64,000 nt of DNA from a virus (IMGVR_UViG_3300031133_000383:346635-410634); one strand, 5' to 3'; shown: positions 40,974 through 50,601, counted from the first letter of the stretch. Program-made: numbers and translations. The notes: a model not told the origin generated them from the letters alone.

Positions 40974-41501
40974 ATGTCCTTACCTTATGTTGCTCCTTTG
41001 GACAGGGTTTTCTTTTTGACAGCTACTAACGAACTTAATACTATAAAAGAGTCAAAAGATAGAATGGAGCAAATTCAGAAACGAGCTTTATATGTTTTTG
41101 ACAAGATTGCTGAAATCTATGATCGTTCTTATTCGTGGGTTACTTATGACAACTGCAATCTTGAAATTGAAGGTTCGGCAGGTAAATATGACTATGAGCG
41201 TTATCTTGAAGAATTCAAGTTTTATAGTGACCTCGATGATGCTGAATACCTTAATCGTATCATTCCTCTTTATTATAACAGTTTTCCATCTCGTTTTATT
41301 TATACTGATTTTGAAGATGAAGTCACTGCTGAACTTCAAGAATTTAAAAACAATGCTGATAAAAAACGTCAGAAATCAAAAGACAAACGTGAACGTCTTA
41401 AAAAAAGAGAGATTGAGCGAGCGAAGATCAGGCCAGACATCATCACGTCTATTACCGCTAAATTAACAGAAGAAGAACTTTCTTTTATTCTATTCAAATA
41501 A
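40974..41501 (+). CDS. Hypothetical protein with C-terminal coiled coil (AKLTEEE)
   Basis: AAGGAG RBS. Confidence 0.8.
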   Translation: MSLPYVAPLDRVFFLTATNELNTIKESKDRMEQIQKRALYVFDKIAEIYDRSYSWVTYDNCNLEIEGSAGKYDYERYLEEFKFYSDLDDAEYLNRIIPLYYNSFPSRFIYTDFEDEVTAELQEFKNNADKKRQKSKDKRERLKKREIERAKIRPDIITSITAKLTEEELSFILFK

Positions 41502-41717
41502 TTTGCAAAAAAAATTAAGAAAGAGTTGCAGTCTATCGTTTTTTGTTGTAGAATAGCCTCATTGAAAAGAAGACATCTGCAAGCGGCTTGAACCGTTGGA
41601 AGAAAGAGGAAAGGCTAACCATCCTACTTGCATGTTTATGATATAATTTTCAAAATTCTAAAAAAACGTTTGACATCTGAAATGAGTTTTGATATAGTTA
41701 TCTCATTGAAACAAATA

Positions 41718-41929
41718 AGGGATTGAGTGTTTAAGGCTCAATGTTAATTCAGTGTGGTCGGGGCGTGAATTAAGTGCTAGTGGCACATGGTTAATTGAAG
41801 CTTGATAAAATCAAGCTTATGTAGAAATGGCGAAAGCCAGTTCAGTAGCGAGTCCTTTAAAGCCCGTTTTGGTTTTCAAGGAAAGTGGGTCACTCAGGCA
41901 ATCCCATCTTACTCGTCAGTCCTGATTTA
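41718..41929 (+). ncRNA. Structured RNA family C, copy 2
   Basis: Homologous to 38526-38740; between promoter and tRNA-Asn. Confidence 0.8.
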
Positions 41930-41931
41930 AT

Positions 41932-42007
41932 TGGTAAATAGCTCAGTCGGTAGAGCAGGTGACTGTTAATCACCGGGTCGTAGGTTCGAGTCCTACTTTA
42001 CCAGCCA
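41932..42007 (+). tRNA. tRNA-Asn(GTT)
   Basis: TGGTAAA/TTTACCA, CT-GTT-AA, G73, CCA. Confidence 0.95.
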
Positions 42008-42034
42008 TATTTTATAGATACAAGAGATTAGATA

Positions 42035-42247
42035 ATGAGCAGATCGGTCAGAGGTTCTAAGGGTAGTGGTTACGACTACTGGGGCAAACGTGCAAAGAGT
42101 TGTTGTTCACCCGGTCGTGTCAATAAGAAGTTGACGTTGGGTATTGAAAGAATGCGTGAACATCAACTGGTATCGTATGAACTTGATCTTGTTGCTGATG
42201 TTCATAACCACTTTGAACACGAAGTTCAAGTACTTAAAGTTTTGTAA
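42035..42247 (+). CDS. Small basic protein inside tRNA operon (MSRSVRGSKGSGYDYW)
   Basis: ORF between tRNA-Asn and tRNA-Met. Confidence 0.7.
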   Translation: MSRSVRGSKGSGYDYWGKRAKSCCSPGRVNKKLTLGIERMREHQLVSYELDLVADVHNHFEHEVQVLKVL

Positions 42248-42262
42248 TTTAAAATGTTTTGA

Positions 42263-42339
42263 AGCGGGGTAGAGAAGCCCGGTAACTCACCAGTCTCATA
42301 AGCTGGAGATCGCAGGTTCAAATCCTGCCCCCGCAACCA
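42263..42339 (+). tRNA. tRNA-Met(CAT), initiator-like acceptor
   Basis: AGCGGGG/CCCCGCA with 1:72 mismatch, CT-CAT-AA, ACCA. Confidence 0.9.
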
Positions 42340-42438
42340 CTTCGGACACCTAGCGTGTCCACCTGTGAAGAACAACACAGAGGCGATTTAGCCTGAATCA
42401 AACGACTGTGAGTAAACACAGTTTTTAAAAATCATTAT

Positions 42439-42514
<76 letters not shown>

Positions 42515-42527
42515 GATTTGTAGTTTT

Positions 42528-42603
42528 GTCCTTTGTAGCTCAGATGGTAGAGCGGGCGTTAGAAGACGCCGCGTCATAGGTTCGATTCCTATCGGGGACA
42601 CCA
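42528..42603 (+). ncRNA. tRNA-like RNA with 6-nt anticodon loop (TAGAAG), bulged acceptor stem, encoded CCA
   Basis: GTCCTTTG/CGGGGAC, GGCGT-TAGAAG-ACGCC, ATAGG-TTCGATT-CCTAT, ACCA. Confidence 0.75.
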
Positions 42604-42609
42604 TTTAGA

Positions 42610-42637
42610 AACCATGCTTCGGCATGGTTTTTTGCTT
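42610..42637 (+). terminator. Intrinsic terminator, identical to 44212-44239
   Basis: AACCATGC-TTCG-GCATGGTTTTTT. Confidence 0.85.
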
Positions 42638-42709
42638 TAGCTTTAAAGTAACTTTACATGTCTTGATGATTTTAATATAATGTAATCCGTTTGTTAATGA
42701 GGCTATTTT

Positions 42710-43042
42710 ATGAAAACAACACTTCCTGCTGTTCTGTTTATTATTGGTTTGGTTGGTCTTACTGGCACGAGTCCTTCTAAGGCTGCTGTTGTTGAAGATC
42801 GTGTTGAACGATTTTCAGCGTTTTGTGTGACGTATGATCGTGCTGTTATCAATGAAGATTCGGTAACAGATATTAAGCGTGAGCCAGATGGTTACATCAC
42901 CATGACAACGGAAGATAATCTTAAAATTATTACTGGTGGTGTTTGTACATTTAAGCAGCTTAAACCCAGTAAAAAAGTGACGGTGATTGAAGATAACGAA
43001 TTCCCAGAAGATGGTGAACCACTTTATTCTATTGGTCATTAA
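42710..43042 (+). CDS. Secreted hypothetical protein
   Basis: Signal-peptide-like N-terminus. Confidence 0.75.
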   Translation: MKTTLPAVLFIIGLVGLTGTSPSKAAVVEDRVERFSAFCVTYDRAVINEDSVTDIKREPDGYITMTTEDNLKIITGGVCTFKQLKPSKKVTVIEDNEFPEDGEPLYSIGH

Positions 43043-43088
43043 GGAATATTAATTTTCACCCTCTCTCACTTTCAATTAAGGAATTCGC

Positions 43089-44189
43089 ATGATTATTAAT
43101 TATCCCGTATTAATTAAAGCTATTTATGACAAGTGCCAAGAAGCCATTGCTTCTGGTGAAGACTGGAAATTTATGGAAAATAAGACTACCTTTGCTGTCT
43201 TTAAAAGTCATTTGCAAGAAGCTTTTAATGCGACCTTGATTGATTTTGGTGGTCATAACCATAACAACATGGCTGGTGACCCGCTGTCGGTTGTTGAACA
43301 AGAAGAACCTTGCATGTATGAGAAGATCAAAGAGCGAACAACACAAGCTTTGAAATATTTTGTGCGAGATATTTATAAAGCTATCAAAGAAAATCAGCCG
43401 TATGAAGATATTGAAAAATCCGTTCTTTTAAAACCCAGCTATTTTTATACGATGGCTATGTTGATTCAAGGCTCACCGGGCACTTATTGTTTTGTGTGCG
43501 GTAAAACCAATGGTCTTTATATGAAGGAAGGTGTTATTTCGCCGGGTTGTTTCATTGATCAGAATAGTCCATTGTGGGAACTGCTCCATGATGATTACAA
43601 AATCATGTTGCGTGGCGAAGAAGCTTCAGAAGATAAACTTTGTGCATATCCCGATGGCATTGAAAAATTTGAGCAATTCATGACCATTAAATCCGATTAC
43701 TTGGTGTTTGCGAATGACTTGCGGAGTGATGTTAAAGTTGACCCCATCGAATCACTTAAATACAGCACAGAGCGTTCTGGTTATTACAACACTATCAACT
43801 CTGATTTGGGTGCTATGTATGACCAAGAATACGCACTAAGCCTTGGCTTGCTCAAAGTGCAAACAGGCAATTCGTCTCCTGTTGTTGCTTACAATGCAAA
43901 AACTGGTGTTATCTTGGCCGCTGATCAACATGCTTGGAAACAAAAGAAACAATATCAGTTCCCACTGGATGTTGAAGGATTTAAAGCTAAATGCACGATT
44001 TGCACCGATGTTTGGACTGTTCAGGCAGTCGATAGCATTATTTACGAAGACTGTGCAAAAGAACAAGGTATTACGCTGAAAGAAGCTGCAGCACAAAATG
44101 GTGATATTATTCCAGTGACACCGGGAAAATATAAAATCACCACGTATACGGCTCCACCTGTCTTTTTCACTATTGAAAAAGTGGATTAA
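43089..44189 (+). CDS. Hypothetical phage protein (CxxC; FANDLR, GNSSP, CTDVW motifs)
   Basis: 366-aa ORF, AAGGA RBS. Confidence 0.85.
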   Translation: MIINYPVLIKAIYDKCQEAIASGEDWKFMENKTTFAVFKSHLQEAFNATLIDFGGHNHNNMAGDPLSVVEQEEPCMYEKIKERTTQALKYFVRDIYKAIKENQPYEDIEKSVLLKPSYFYTMAMLIQGSPGTYCFVCGKTNGLYMKEGVISPGCFIDQNSPLWELLHDDYKIMLRGEEASEDKLCAYPDGIEKFEQFMTIKSDYLVFANDLRSDVKVDPIESLKYSTERSGYYNTINSDLGAMYDQEYALSLGLLKVQTGNSSPVVAYNAKTGVILAADQHAWKQKKQYQFPLDVEGFKAKCTICTDVWTVQAVDSIIYEDCAKEQGITLKEAAAQNGDIIPVTPGKYKITTYTAPPVFFTIEKVD

Positions 44190-44211
44190 GTCGTCATTTG
44201 ATTGTAAACAT

Positions 44212-44239
44212 AACCATGCTTCGGCATGGTTTTTTGCTT
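44212..44239 (+). terminator. Intrinsic terminator
   Basis: Identical to 42610-42637. Confidence 0.85.
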
Positions 44240-44364
44240 CAGGTTCAGATTAATTTTACTAGAAATCGAATTCATAGACTTCATTTTTTCCATAAAATAT
44301 TAAATTAAATTGCATTTTTATCATTTCTTGATATAATGCAGTATCTTATTAAAGGTAAATAGCT

Positions 44365-45267
44365 ATGACTATCTCAGAATTACGTTTCACTGGATTCAAA
44401 GACTCAAATGGTCTAGATATACATGAAGGTGACTATCTAATTCTCAAACTCAGTGATCTTTCCAAAGATGAAATTAAACAACGTACGTTAAATATCATGA
44501 TGGACGCTTATGATATTCAATACATGCAAGCTTACATCAAACCTACTGGTCAACTTCGTTATGACCTTGACGTTATTTATGTTAATGGCAACAATCGGGC
44601 GTTAACTTCTGTAGAATATGCTTTTATTTATGAACAGCATGATATGAGCAAGGAAGAATTTTGGTTGGAATTTGCAAAAAACTCAAAACTTGACGAAATT
44701 GAAACATGTCCAAGCTTCCGTTATTTTTCTATGTTGAAAGGTATTGTTCAAACTCAGTTGTGGTCAAAATCACAACCGCTGGTTAATCGCGACCACGTTA
44801 AAGCGATGGATTTGCAATTGGTTGACAATCAACAAAATCCAATCACTCAGGGTCAACATTTTATGTTTACTGTCCCTGATGATGTTTTCAATGCTGCCCA
44901 TGACACTTTCTATGGTGGTAATCTTGGGCAGAACATGAGACAAATCGCCTGCCGCCATTATTTGTTTTATGTTATTCCTACTGAATTTTTGGCAGTGCGT
45001 TTGATGACGTGTTTTCTTAAAGATGACATGACACCTTTTACCATTGCAGAAGATGAAAAAATTTCTGGTCATGATGCTGAATATTTTAATCATGATGGTG
45101 TTGATCTCAATACTGTTGATAAACAGGAAGTATCCTTGTCTTATGCAGAAGACGCATTTACGTTTGTTCGTTATCTGATGAGTAAGGGCTGGTTGTCTCA
45201 TGAACCTAATCCAGCGATTGATTTGTCCAAATTTAAAGTTGGCTACAAACACTTTATCTCAGCCTGA
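44365..45267 (+). CDS. Protein with YopX-like N-terminal motif, possibly internally duplicated
   Basis: FTGFKDSNGLDIHEGD; second LVDNQQNPITQGQ unit. Confidence 0.65.
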   Translation: MTISELRFTGFKDSNGLDIHEGDYLILKLSDLSKDEIKQRTLNIMMDAYDIQYMQAYIKPTGQLRYDLDVIYVNGNNRALTSVEYAFIYEQHDMSKEEFWLEFAKNSKLDEIETCPSFRYFSMLKGIVQTQLWSKSQPLVNRDHVKAMDLQLVDNQQNPITQGQHFMFTVPDDVFNAAHDTFYGGNLGQNMRQIACRHYLFYVIPTEFLAVRLMTCFLKDDMTPFTIAEDEKISGHDAEYFNHDGVDLNTVDKQEVSLSYAEDAFTFVRYLMSKGWLSHEPNPAIDLSKFKVGYKHFISA

Positions 45268-45314
45268 TATAACCCGTTGATGCTCAATATAAAAAAGCCC
45301 TTTAAGGGATTTTT

Positions 45315-45779
45315 TTATATCTTCCTCTTTTTGATATTTTTTTTCTCAATCGCCTCTTGGGCTTTCACATATTCTTTTAATTCAATTGCTGTTTCGCTCG
45401 GATATGTCATAAAATACCCAGCAGATGTATTAACCAATTTTTCAAATCCTGCATTTTCATAGAATTTGTTTAGCACAAAATTTCGCACTTGATTTTCGTG
45501 TTTATCTGAAATCAACATAGCAAACTGAGAACCTGATATAGCATCTTCTAACAATCCTTTTCCAATTCCTTGTCCTCTATATTCTCGTTCTACATTTAAA
45601 TTTTTAATAACCGTTATTGACTGATATCCTTTGGCTTCAATGAAGTTTATGATGTGTTTCCTTTTAATATGATCGGCAATATTTTCCTCTAAAAAATTCT
45701 TGTAATTATCTTCGTCAACACTAACTGTGTAGCCCGATATACTTCCGCCATCTTCCTCTGATTCTATTACTTCGTACAT
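45315..45779 (-). CDS. GNAT acetyltransferase
   Basis: LNVEREYRGQGIGKGLL, KFYENAGF. Confidence 0.85.
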   Translation of the reverse strand: MYEVIESEEDGGSISGYTVSVDEDNYKNFLEENIADHIKRKHIINFIEAKGYQSITVIKNLNVEREYRGQGIGKGLLEDAISGSQFAMLISDKHENQVRNFVLNKFYENAGFEKLVNTSAGYFMTYPSETAIELKEYVKAQEAIEKKNIKKRKI

Positions 45780-46131
45780 TTGACATCCTCATAATTACCT
45801 GCCGTTTATATTATTATACATTTTTACCATGCTTTTACAATTTTGATTTTACAAAAAATTGTAGTTTCTGTCAAAAGCACGGATATTTTAAAGGTATCTA
45901 GATAATGAGTATTAAACAATTATTTGAAAATAATCCAGCACTGGAGAAAGCTTATGCTTTTGTTTAAAGCTACAAAGAAGCTGATTGACATCCGCTCATA
46001 GATTAATCAAGGGGCGTTCTTTTTACTAAGCTTTGGTAATCTTTTAAAAAAGATTGAATGTTGACTTCTTTTTTGCTATAATATCCTTATTGAAAAGCAG
46101 TATCTATTCTTATTAAATAAAGGTTTCGCTT

Positions 46132-46359
46132 ATGTGCAGCAGAACTGACGCTGATGGTTTTCTTCCTTGTCCTTTTTGTGGTGGCACTGTTATCCATATG
46201 GAAACGTGGAGCCTCCAACGAGGTGAATGGCAAGGAAAAGTAACTAATGAATGTTGTGGCTATACGTTTATTGTCTTGAATGTGTATGGTTCTACCAAGA
46301 AAGAAGTTATCGAGTTCTACAAAAAAAAGTGGAACAAAAGGCCAGAAAAAGCTTGCTAA
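46132..46359 (+). CDS. Lar-like (restriction alleviation) zinc protein
   Basis: LPCPFCGG ... C-terminal KWNKR. Confidence 0.65.
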   Translation: MCSRTDADGFLPCPFCGGTVIHMETWSLQRGEWQGKVTNECCGYTFIVLNVYGSTKKEVIEFYKKKWNKRPEKAC

Positions 46360-46414
46360 GTGGTTTGAAATTTGATAAAATAGCTACATTGAAACAGAGC
46401 AGTGAACAGAATTC

Positions 46415-46577
46415 GGAGCCTGCGTGAAAGTGGGTTGGGTAGCAGCGGTGTTGCGGGCGAGCTACTACGAAGAGTGAGTCAGAAGCTGTGATTCCTCTTC
46501 ATGGGAATGGAGAATTGAAGTGTTGTTGGCTTTGATTAAAACGGCTGGGTGAGTCGGCTCCTTCCCAAACCTAATTT
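46415..46577 (+). ncRNA. Structured RNA family B, copy 3 (expanded central insert)
   Basis: GGAGCC...TGATTAAAACG...AACCTAATTT; own promoter. Confidence 0.75.
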
Positions 46578-46984
46578 AGTTGGAGTTGCTGGTTAATGTA
46601 TAGCTATTATACAAACGGTGACTCTTGATATGGTTAAGAGTGATGTAGTTTCCACTATACAACAGCGGGCAGAAATGGATAGTTGTCATCATACTGTACC
46701 CAATTAAAGAGCAATACCTACTGCAATAGAGACTGGGCTTTTGTAGTAGCAATTAGAATCCATCTCAGCAGATAGAGTGGAGCGATAGGCGTTATTTGAC
46801 CTTGACCTTTGAAGCGATGACATCTTGGTGGCTTGGTGGTGAAAAGTAACCACATATATTAAAGCAATCTGTTCAAAACAGGTTGCTTTTTTTTATAAAA
46901 ATCATAGTTAATTGTTAGTTTTCTTGTTTTTATTTTCTGCTTATGGTATAATCAATTTCCAATCTCTTACTAGGATTACTTATT

Positions 46985-47245
46985 ATGGAACGAGTATCAA
47001 TTCAAAACATTGTTGTGCGATTTTTCTCAGAGCGTTCACAAGCGGCTGATCAAGCAGGTATTATGAATATGAAAGTCTACCAACATGATAATATCAATCA
47101 ATTCGTAGTTTGTTCAGATATTTTGGTAGAACACCCCGAAATCTTCGATACAACTGGCGTTATTTTCAGTGAAAAAACTCAAAAAAAGAATATTGAGTCT
47201 CGCCTTTGGATTGCTGAGTTTATTAAGGATCTGAAAGAAGCCTAA
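46985..47245 (+). CDS. Hypothetical protein
   Basis: AGGA RBS, TGGTATAAT. Confidence 0.75.
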   Translation: MERVSIQNIVVRFFSERSQAADQAGIMNMKVYQHDNINQFVVCSDILVEHPEIFDTTGVIFSEKTQKKNIESRLWIAEFIKDLKEA

Positions 47246-47351
47246 TTCAGTCGTTTTGATTCACTAGAACCATCTATAACTATAGATGGTTTTTTTTATT
47301 GTCTTTATTCAGTCAATATTGTATAATATACGTCTTATAGGAGAAAGCTTG

Positions 47352-47894
47352 ATGAAAGTATCTAAATATTTTCTGTTCACTGCACTGTCGGTTGTTTCTT
47401 TTGTTACGTTTGCCGAACAACCCAGCCTGCCTTCTTTTGATAAATTCAGTTATCAGGGCATTAAGTTCACAGATAGTTTTGAAGATATTAGAAACAAACA
47501 CTTTATCTGCAATAAACGAATTTGTGAAGATAAACAAGAAGACATGACAGTGGTCGTTTCTTTTAGCCATTCCAAAATTACACAGATTGATGTATCAACC
47601 GCTTATCGTGGAGACGATAATTGTGCAGATAATATTAATGAAATCAAACAGTATTTGATTGATAAATTTGATGCTAAAATCGATCCAATCATTGTACCGC
47701 CTATCGCTACGGCTATAGTGATTCAGCAAACAGAAAATCCGTTAAAGGGAACAATTTCCACAGATAAGGGATTGGTCGGATTTGGACTGCGTTGCTCTCG
47801 TAAAAGTAATGAACGTGTGTCTTATTTGAATGTTAGCTTTTCTTTTAAAAATGTTCTATCACAAAATTTCAAAGATTCCTTTACTTATGAATGA
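47352..47894 (+). CDS. Secreted hypothetical protein
   Basis: AGGAG RBS; signal peptide MKVSKYFLFTALSVVSFVTFA. Confidence 0.75.
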   Translation: MKVSKYFLFTALSVVSFVTFAEQPSLPSFDKFSYQGIKFTDSFEDIRNKHFICNKRICEDKQEDMTVVVSFSHSKITQIDVSTAYRGDDNCADNINEIKQYLIDKFDAKIDPIIVPPIATAIVIQQTENPLKGTISTDKGLVGFGLRCSRKSNERVSYLNVSFSFKNVLSQNFKDSFTYE

Positions 47895-47927
47895 GCTAAT
47901 ACAACATAATAAAACGAGGACTGCATA

Positions 47928-48068
47928 ATGATTTGTCTATTTGGATGTTCTAACCTTGTGTATGTTACAACTGAACTTGCCGGAGATAGTTTGAATGGTA
48001 GTTATGAAATTTCAGTGTATAAATGCTCAAAGTGTGGAAAAGTTCACCGAAAAAAAGAGACACGATGA
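47928..48068 (+). CDS. Small Cys-rich protein, 46 aa (ICLFGC...YKCSKCG)
   Basis: GAGGA RBS; not in ORF track. Confidence 0.65.
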   Translation: MICLFGCSNLVYVTTELAGDSLNGSYEISVYKCSKCGKVHRKKETR

Positions 48069-48115
48069 ATTATGAAAATTAAGATAAAAGAAAAGGTAGC
48101 CTAAGCTACCTTTTT

Positions 48116-48436
48116 TTATTTTTTTACTTCTTCAACGTTATCACGAAGATAACTTTCTTTTCTGGATGTTTTTAATTCATCCCATTTTCTGTTTTGCTCT
48201 GCTGTCAATACATTTTTAACTTCTGCTTCCTCAGCTAAACGATGTTTTTGATGTATATCACTTAGTTGTGTTTTTTGAGTGGCTGTCAAATTTAATTCTT
48301 GGTAGTATTTCCCTACTACATTTTCAAACCAGTTGCTGTCTTCTTTTGTTGTGGTGGTTGTAGTTGTGGTATCTGCAAACGCCATAGACACTGGTAGAAG
48401 TGTTGCTCCTATAACTGAAATTAGTAACTTTTTCAT
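48116..48436 (-). CDS. Periplasmic Spy/CpxP-like LTXXQ protein
   Basis: Signal peptide; LNLTATQ and VLTAEQ motifs; AGGAGG RBS. Confidence 0.7.
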   Translation of the reverse strand: MKKLLISVIGATLLPVSMAFADTTTTTTTTKEDSNWFENVVGKYYQELNLTATQKTQLSDIHQKHRLAEEAEVKNVLTAEQNRKWDELKTSRKESYLRDNVEEVKK

Positions 48437-48623
48437 ACTTTCCTCCTAATTATTGGTTTACTCATGTTAACACCTTTTTCTTTAAAGTCAATAGTAATCA
48501 TTATCATTTTCAATGATTTGTATATAACCTTATAATTTTTAATTTTACTCAAATTAATTTTTTATTTACTTTTTAGCTTTTTTTTGATATACTCTACTCT
48601 TAAATTTATAGGAGTGCATTTTC

Positions 48624-48941
48624 ATGGTTAGCTTTATTAAACAAGAGTTCTCAGTTGATCCTGCATTTGTTGGGCAAATTACATCCAGTATGAAAGAATT
48701 TCGTTGGCTTAATGAATTCATCAATATTGAAAATGACGGCACTATTACACTATTCGACATCTCACATGGTGATACAAGTAGTGCTATTCAACAAGTCATT
48801 GATTGCTTGGACACAGAAGCTCGAAATAGCGTAAAAATGGAAATTATTGTCTCTGACAAAGATGAGGTTATTCGTTTTACATTTGACACAAAAGAACACA
48901 CCATTCATACTCAATATGCCACCGATTTTGTATGGGATTGA
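48624..48941 (+). CDS. Hypothetical protein
   Basis: AGGAG RBS. Confidence 0.75.
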   Translation: MVSFIKQEFSVDPAFVGQITSSMKEFRWLNEFINIENDGTITLFDISHGDTSSAIQQVIDCLDTEARNSVKMEIIVSDKDEVIRFTFDTKEHTIHTQYATDFVWD

Positions 48942-49021
48942 TCTTTGTTTATTTAATATATTTTTGTTGAGTTCTATTTGAAGCGTGCTATGATAATGGT
49001 AATTAACATATATTTATTATC

Positions 49022-49363
49022 ATGGCACTTGTAGTTTACACCAACCAGTCAAAACACATTATCACTTATGCTGATTCTCCTGACTCCTTTGATGAATTAG
49101 GAAGGCCAGATATTTCTTTTATACACTCAGTTATTGAGTCTAATGAAATTGAAAGTATTTATGATGAAGATCCGGCTGTTCTAATTTTAATCGATGGAAT
49201 TCAATACTCACTCTTATTATGTGACCAAGCGGCCTCTATAAAACGACTACCTATTAATATATTCGCCACTAAATTAGCTGTTGATATGAAAATTATAGAT
49301 TCAATGGATACTATTAGAGGAACAGTTATCTTCATCGAATTATCAGAGTTAAGCGAAAATTAA
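49022..49363 (+). CDS. Hypothetical protein (LPINIFAT..IRGTVI, DUF3846-like)
   Basis: Motif resemblance only. Confidence 0.6.
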   Translation: MALVVYTNQSKHIITYADSPDSFDELGRPDISFIHSVIESNEIESIYDEDPAVLILIDGIQYSLLLCDQAASIKRLPINIFATKLAVDMKIIDSMDTIRGTVIFIELSELSEN

Positions 49364-49491
49364 TTCATAAAATTATATAAATTTATGAAAATAAGCTATT
49401 TTTACCTCTTAAAGTCGAATAAAAATTATCTAACTTGTATTGACATGTATATAATATTTTATATAATGATACTAGAACATGGTATATATAT

Positions 49492-50025
49492 ATGAACAAT
49501 AAAATAGCACTACTTACCTTTTTAGCTTTCTCGCCTATTATATTTTCTACTACGCCTGCTTACGCTGATTATCGTATTAAAATCGGCATTCCTAACGTTG
49601 TATTAGTAGATTCGACGCCTGTCGAAGAACCCGTTGATGAACCTGCTGATAAATGTCCAAAGCCTTCTAATAAAATGCCCACTTATCAAAATGGATTTCC
49701 TATGGTTACGAAAGATCCGGCTAACGGTCTTGCACGTTATACTGTGCGTTATAATCATGATGGCGATAATTCAAGTTTAACAGATTTTCATAATACATCT
49801 GAACGCTATGTAAATATTATATTATCTAGGAATGAAGGTAATTCATTTAATAGAGATGCTTACTTATTTCCATATTATGACTTCTGGTGGGATGTTAAGG
49901 ATGGAGAACAAATTAACCTAGTCGTCAGAATGGCTGTATATGATAAAGAAGCTGGCGAAATTTGTAATTATGGGGACGAACATCTTATACTTCAAAAAAC
50001 TTATTCCCAGCTTATGAACGAATAA
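49492..50025 (+). CDS. Secreted hypothetical protein
   Basis: Signal peptide ending AYA. Confidence 0.75.
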   Translation: MNNKIALLTFLAFSPIIFSTTPAYADYRIKIGIPNVVLVDSTPVEEPVDEPADKCPKPSNKMPTYQNGFPMVTKDPANGLARYTVRYNHDGDNSSLTDFHNTSERYVNIILSRNEGNSFNRDAYLFPYYDFWWDVKDGEQINLVVRMAVYDKEAGEICNYGDEHLILQKTYSQLMNE

Positions 50026-50088
50026 CAAATAAAAAAAGAGATTTTAAAGTCTCTTTTGTTTTAATATGTATTATTTATTTTAATTTAT

Positions 50089-50601
50089 CTAGTTTGACCA
50101 TTTTTCTTGGCATACTGTTCTTATACGTTCAACTTCATCAATAAACCATTGAAAATCTTCGTATCTATATATTTTGTAGTTTCCATTTTTCCCATACCAA
50201 TTATAATGTACTAAAGGTAACTTGGTATTAACCAACATATGTAACAGACCTCTATTTTGCCTTAATTTGCAACGTAAAGCTTCCAACATGTCTTCTCTGC
50301 TTTCCATTGTAAATGGAACCACGTTTTGTGGATTCTCTTCACAAAGTCTATCACCTAGTTGTTTTGCTGGATAACCATGTGCCAGTCTCAACTCATCATG
50401 TTTTCCGCCAAGTATCAACCAATATTGAAAACCTTCAACAGATTCGAAACAACCATATTTAGGATGATTAAATGGGTAATGTCCAAAATTACTCATTGCT
50501 TTTCCAAGCTTTGTTTTAGCTTTGCTGGCTAAATTCAGATGCGTTTTACCATCATCGTCAGGCGTGAGTTCTATGTTGGGATCAATCATTAATGGCTCCA
50601 A
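50089..50601 (-). CDS. NADAR-like protein (T4 gp30.3-like)
   Basis: AMSNFGHYPF...FESVEGF...KLRQN..L...L..T...LVH pattern. Confidence 0.55.
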   Translation of the reverse strand: MEPLMIDPNIELTPDDDGKTHLNLASKAKTKLGKAMSNFGHYPFNHPKYGCFESVEGFQYWLILGGKHDELRLAHGYPAKQLGDRLCEENPQNVVPFTMESREDMLEALRCKLRQNRGLLHMLVNTKLPLVHYNWYGKNGNYKIYRYEDFQWFIDEVERIRTVCQEKWSN

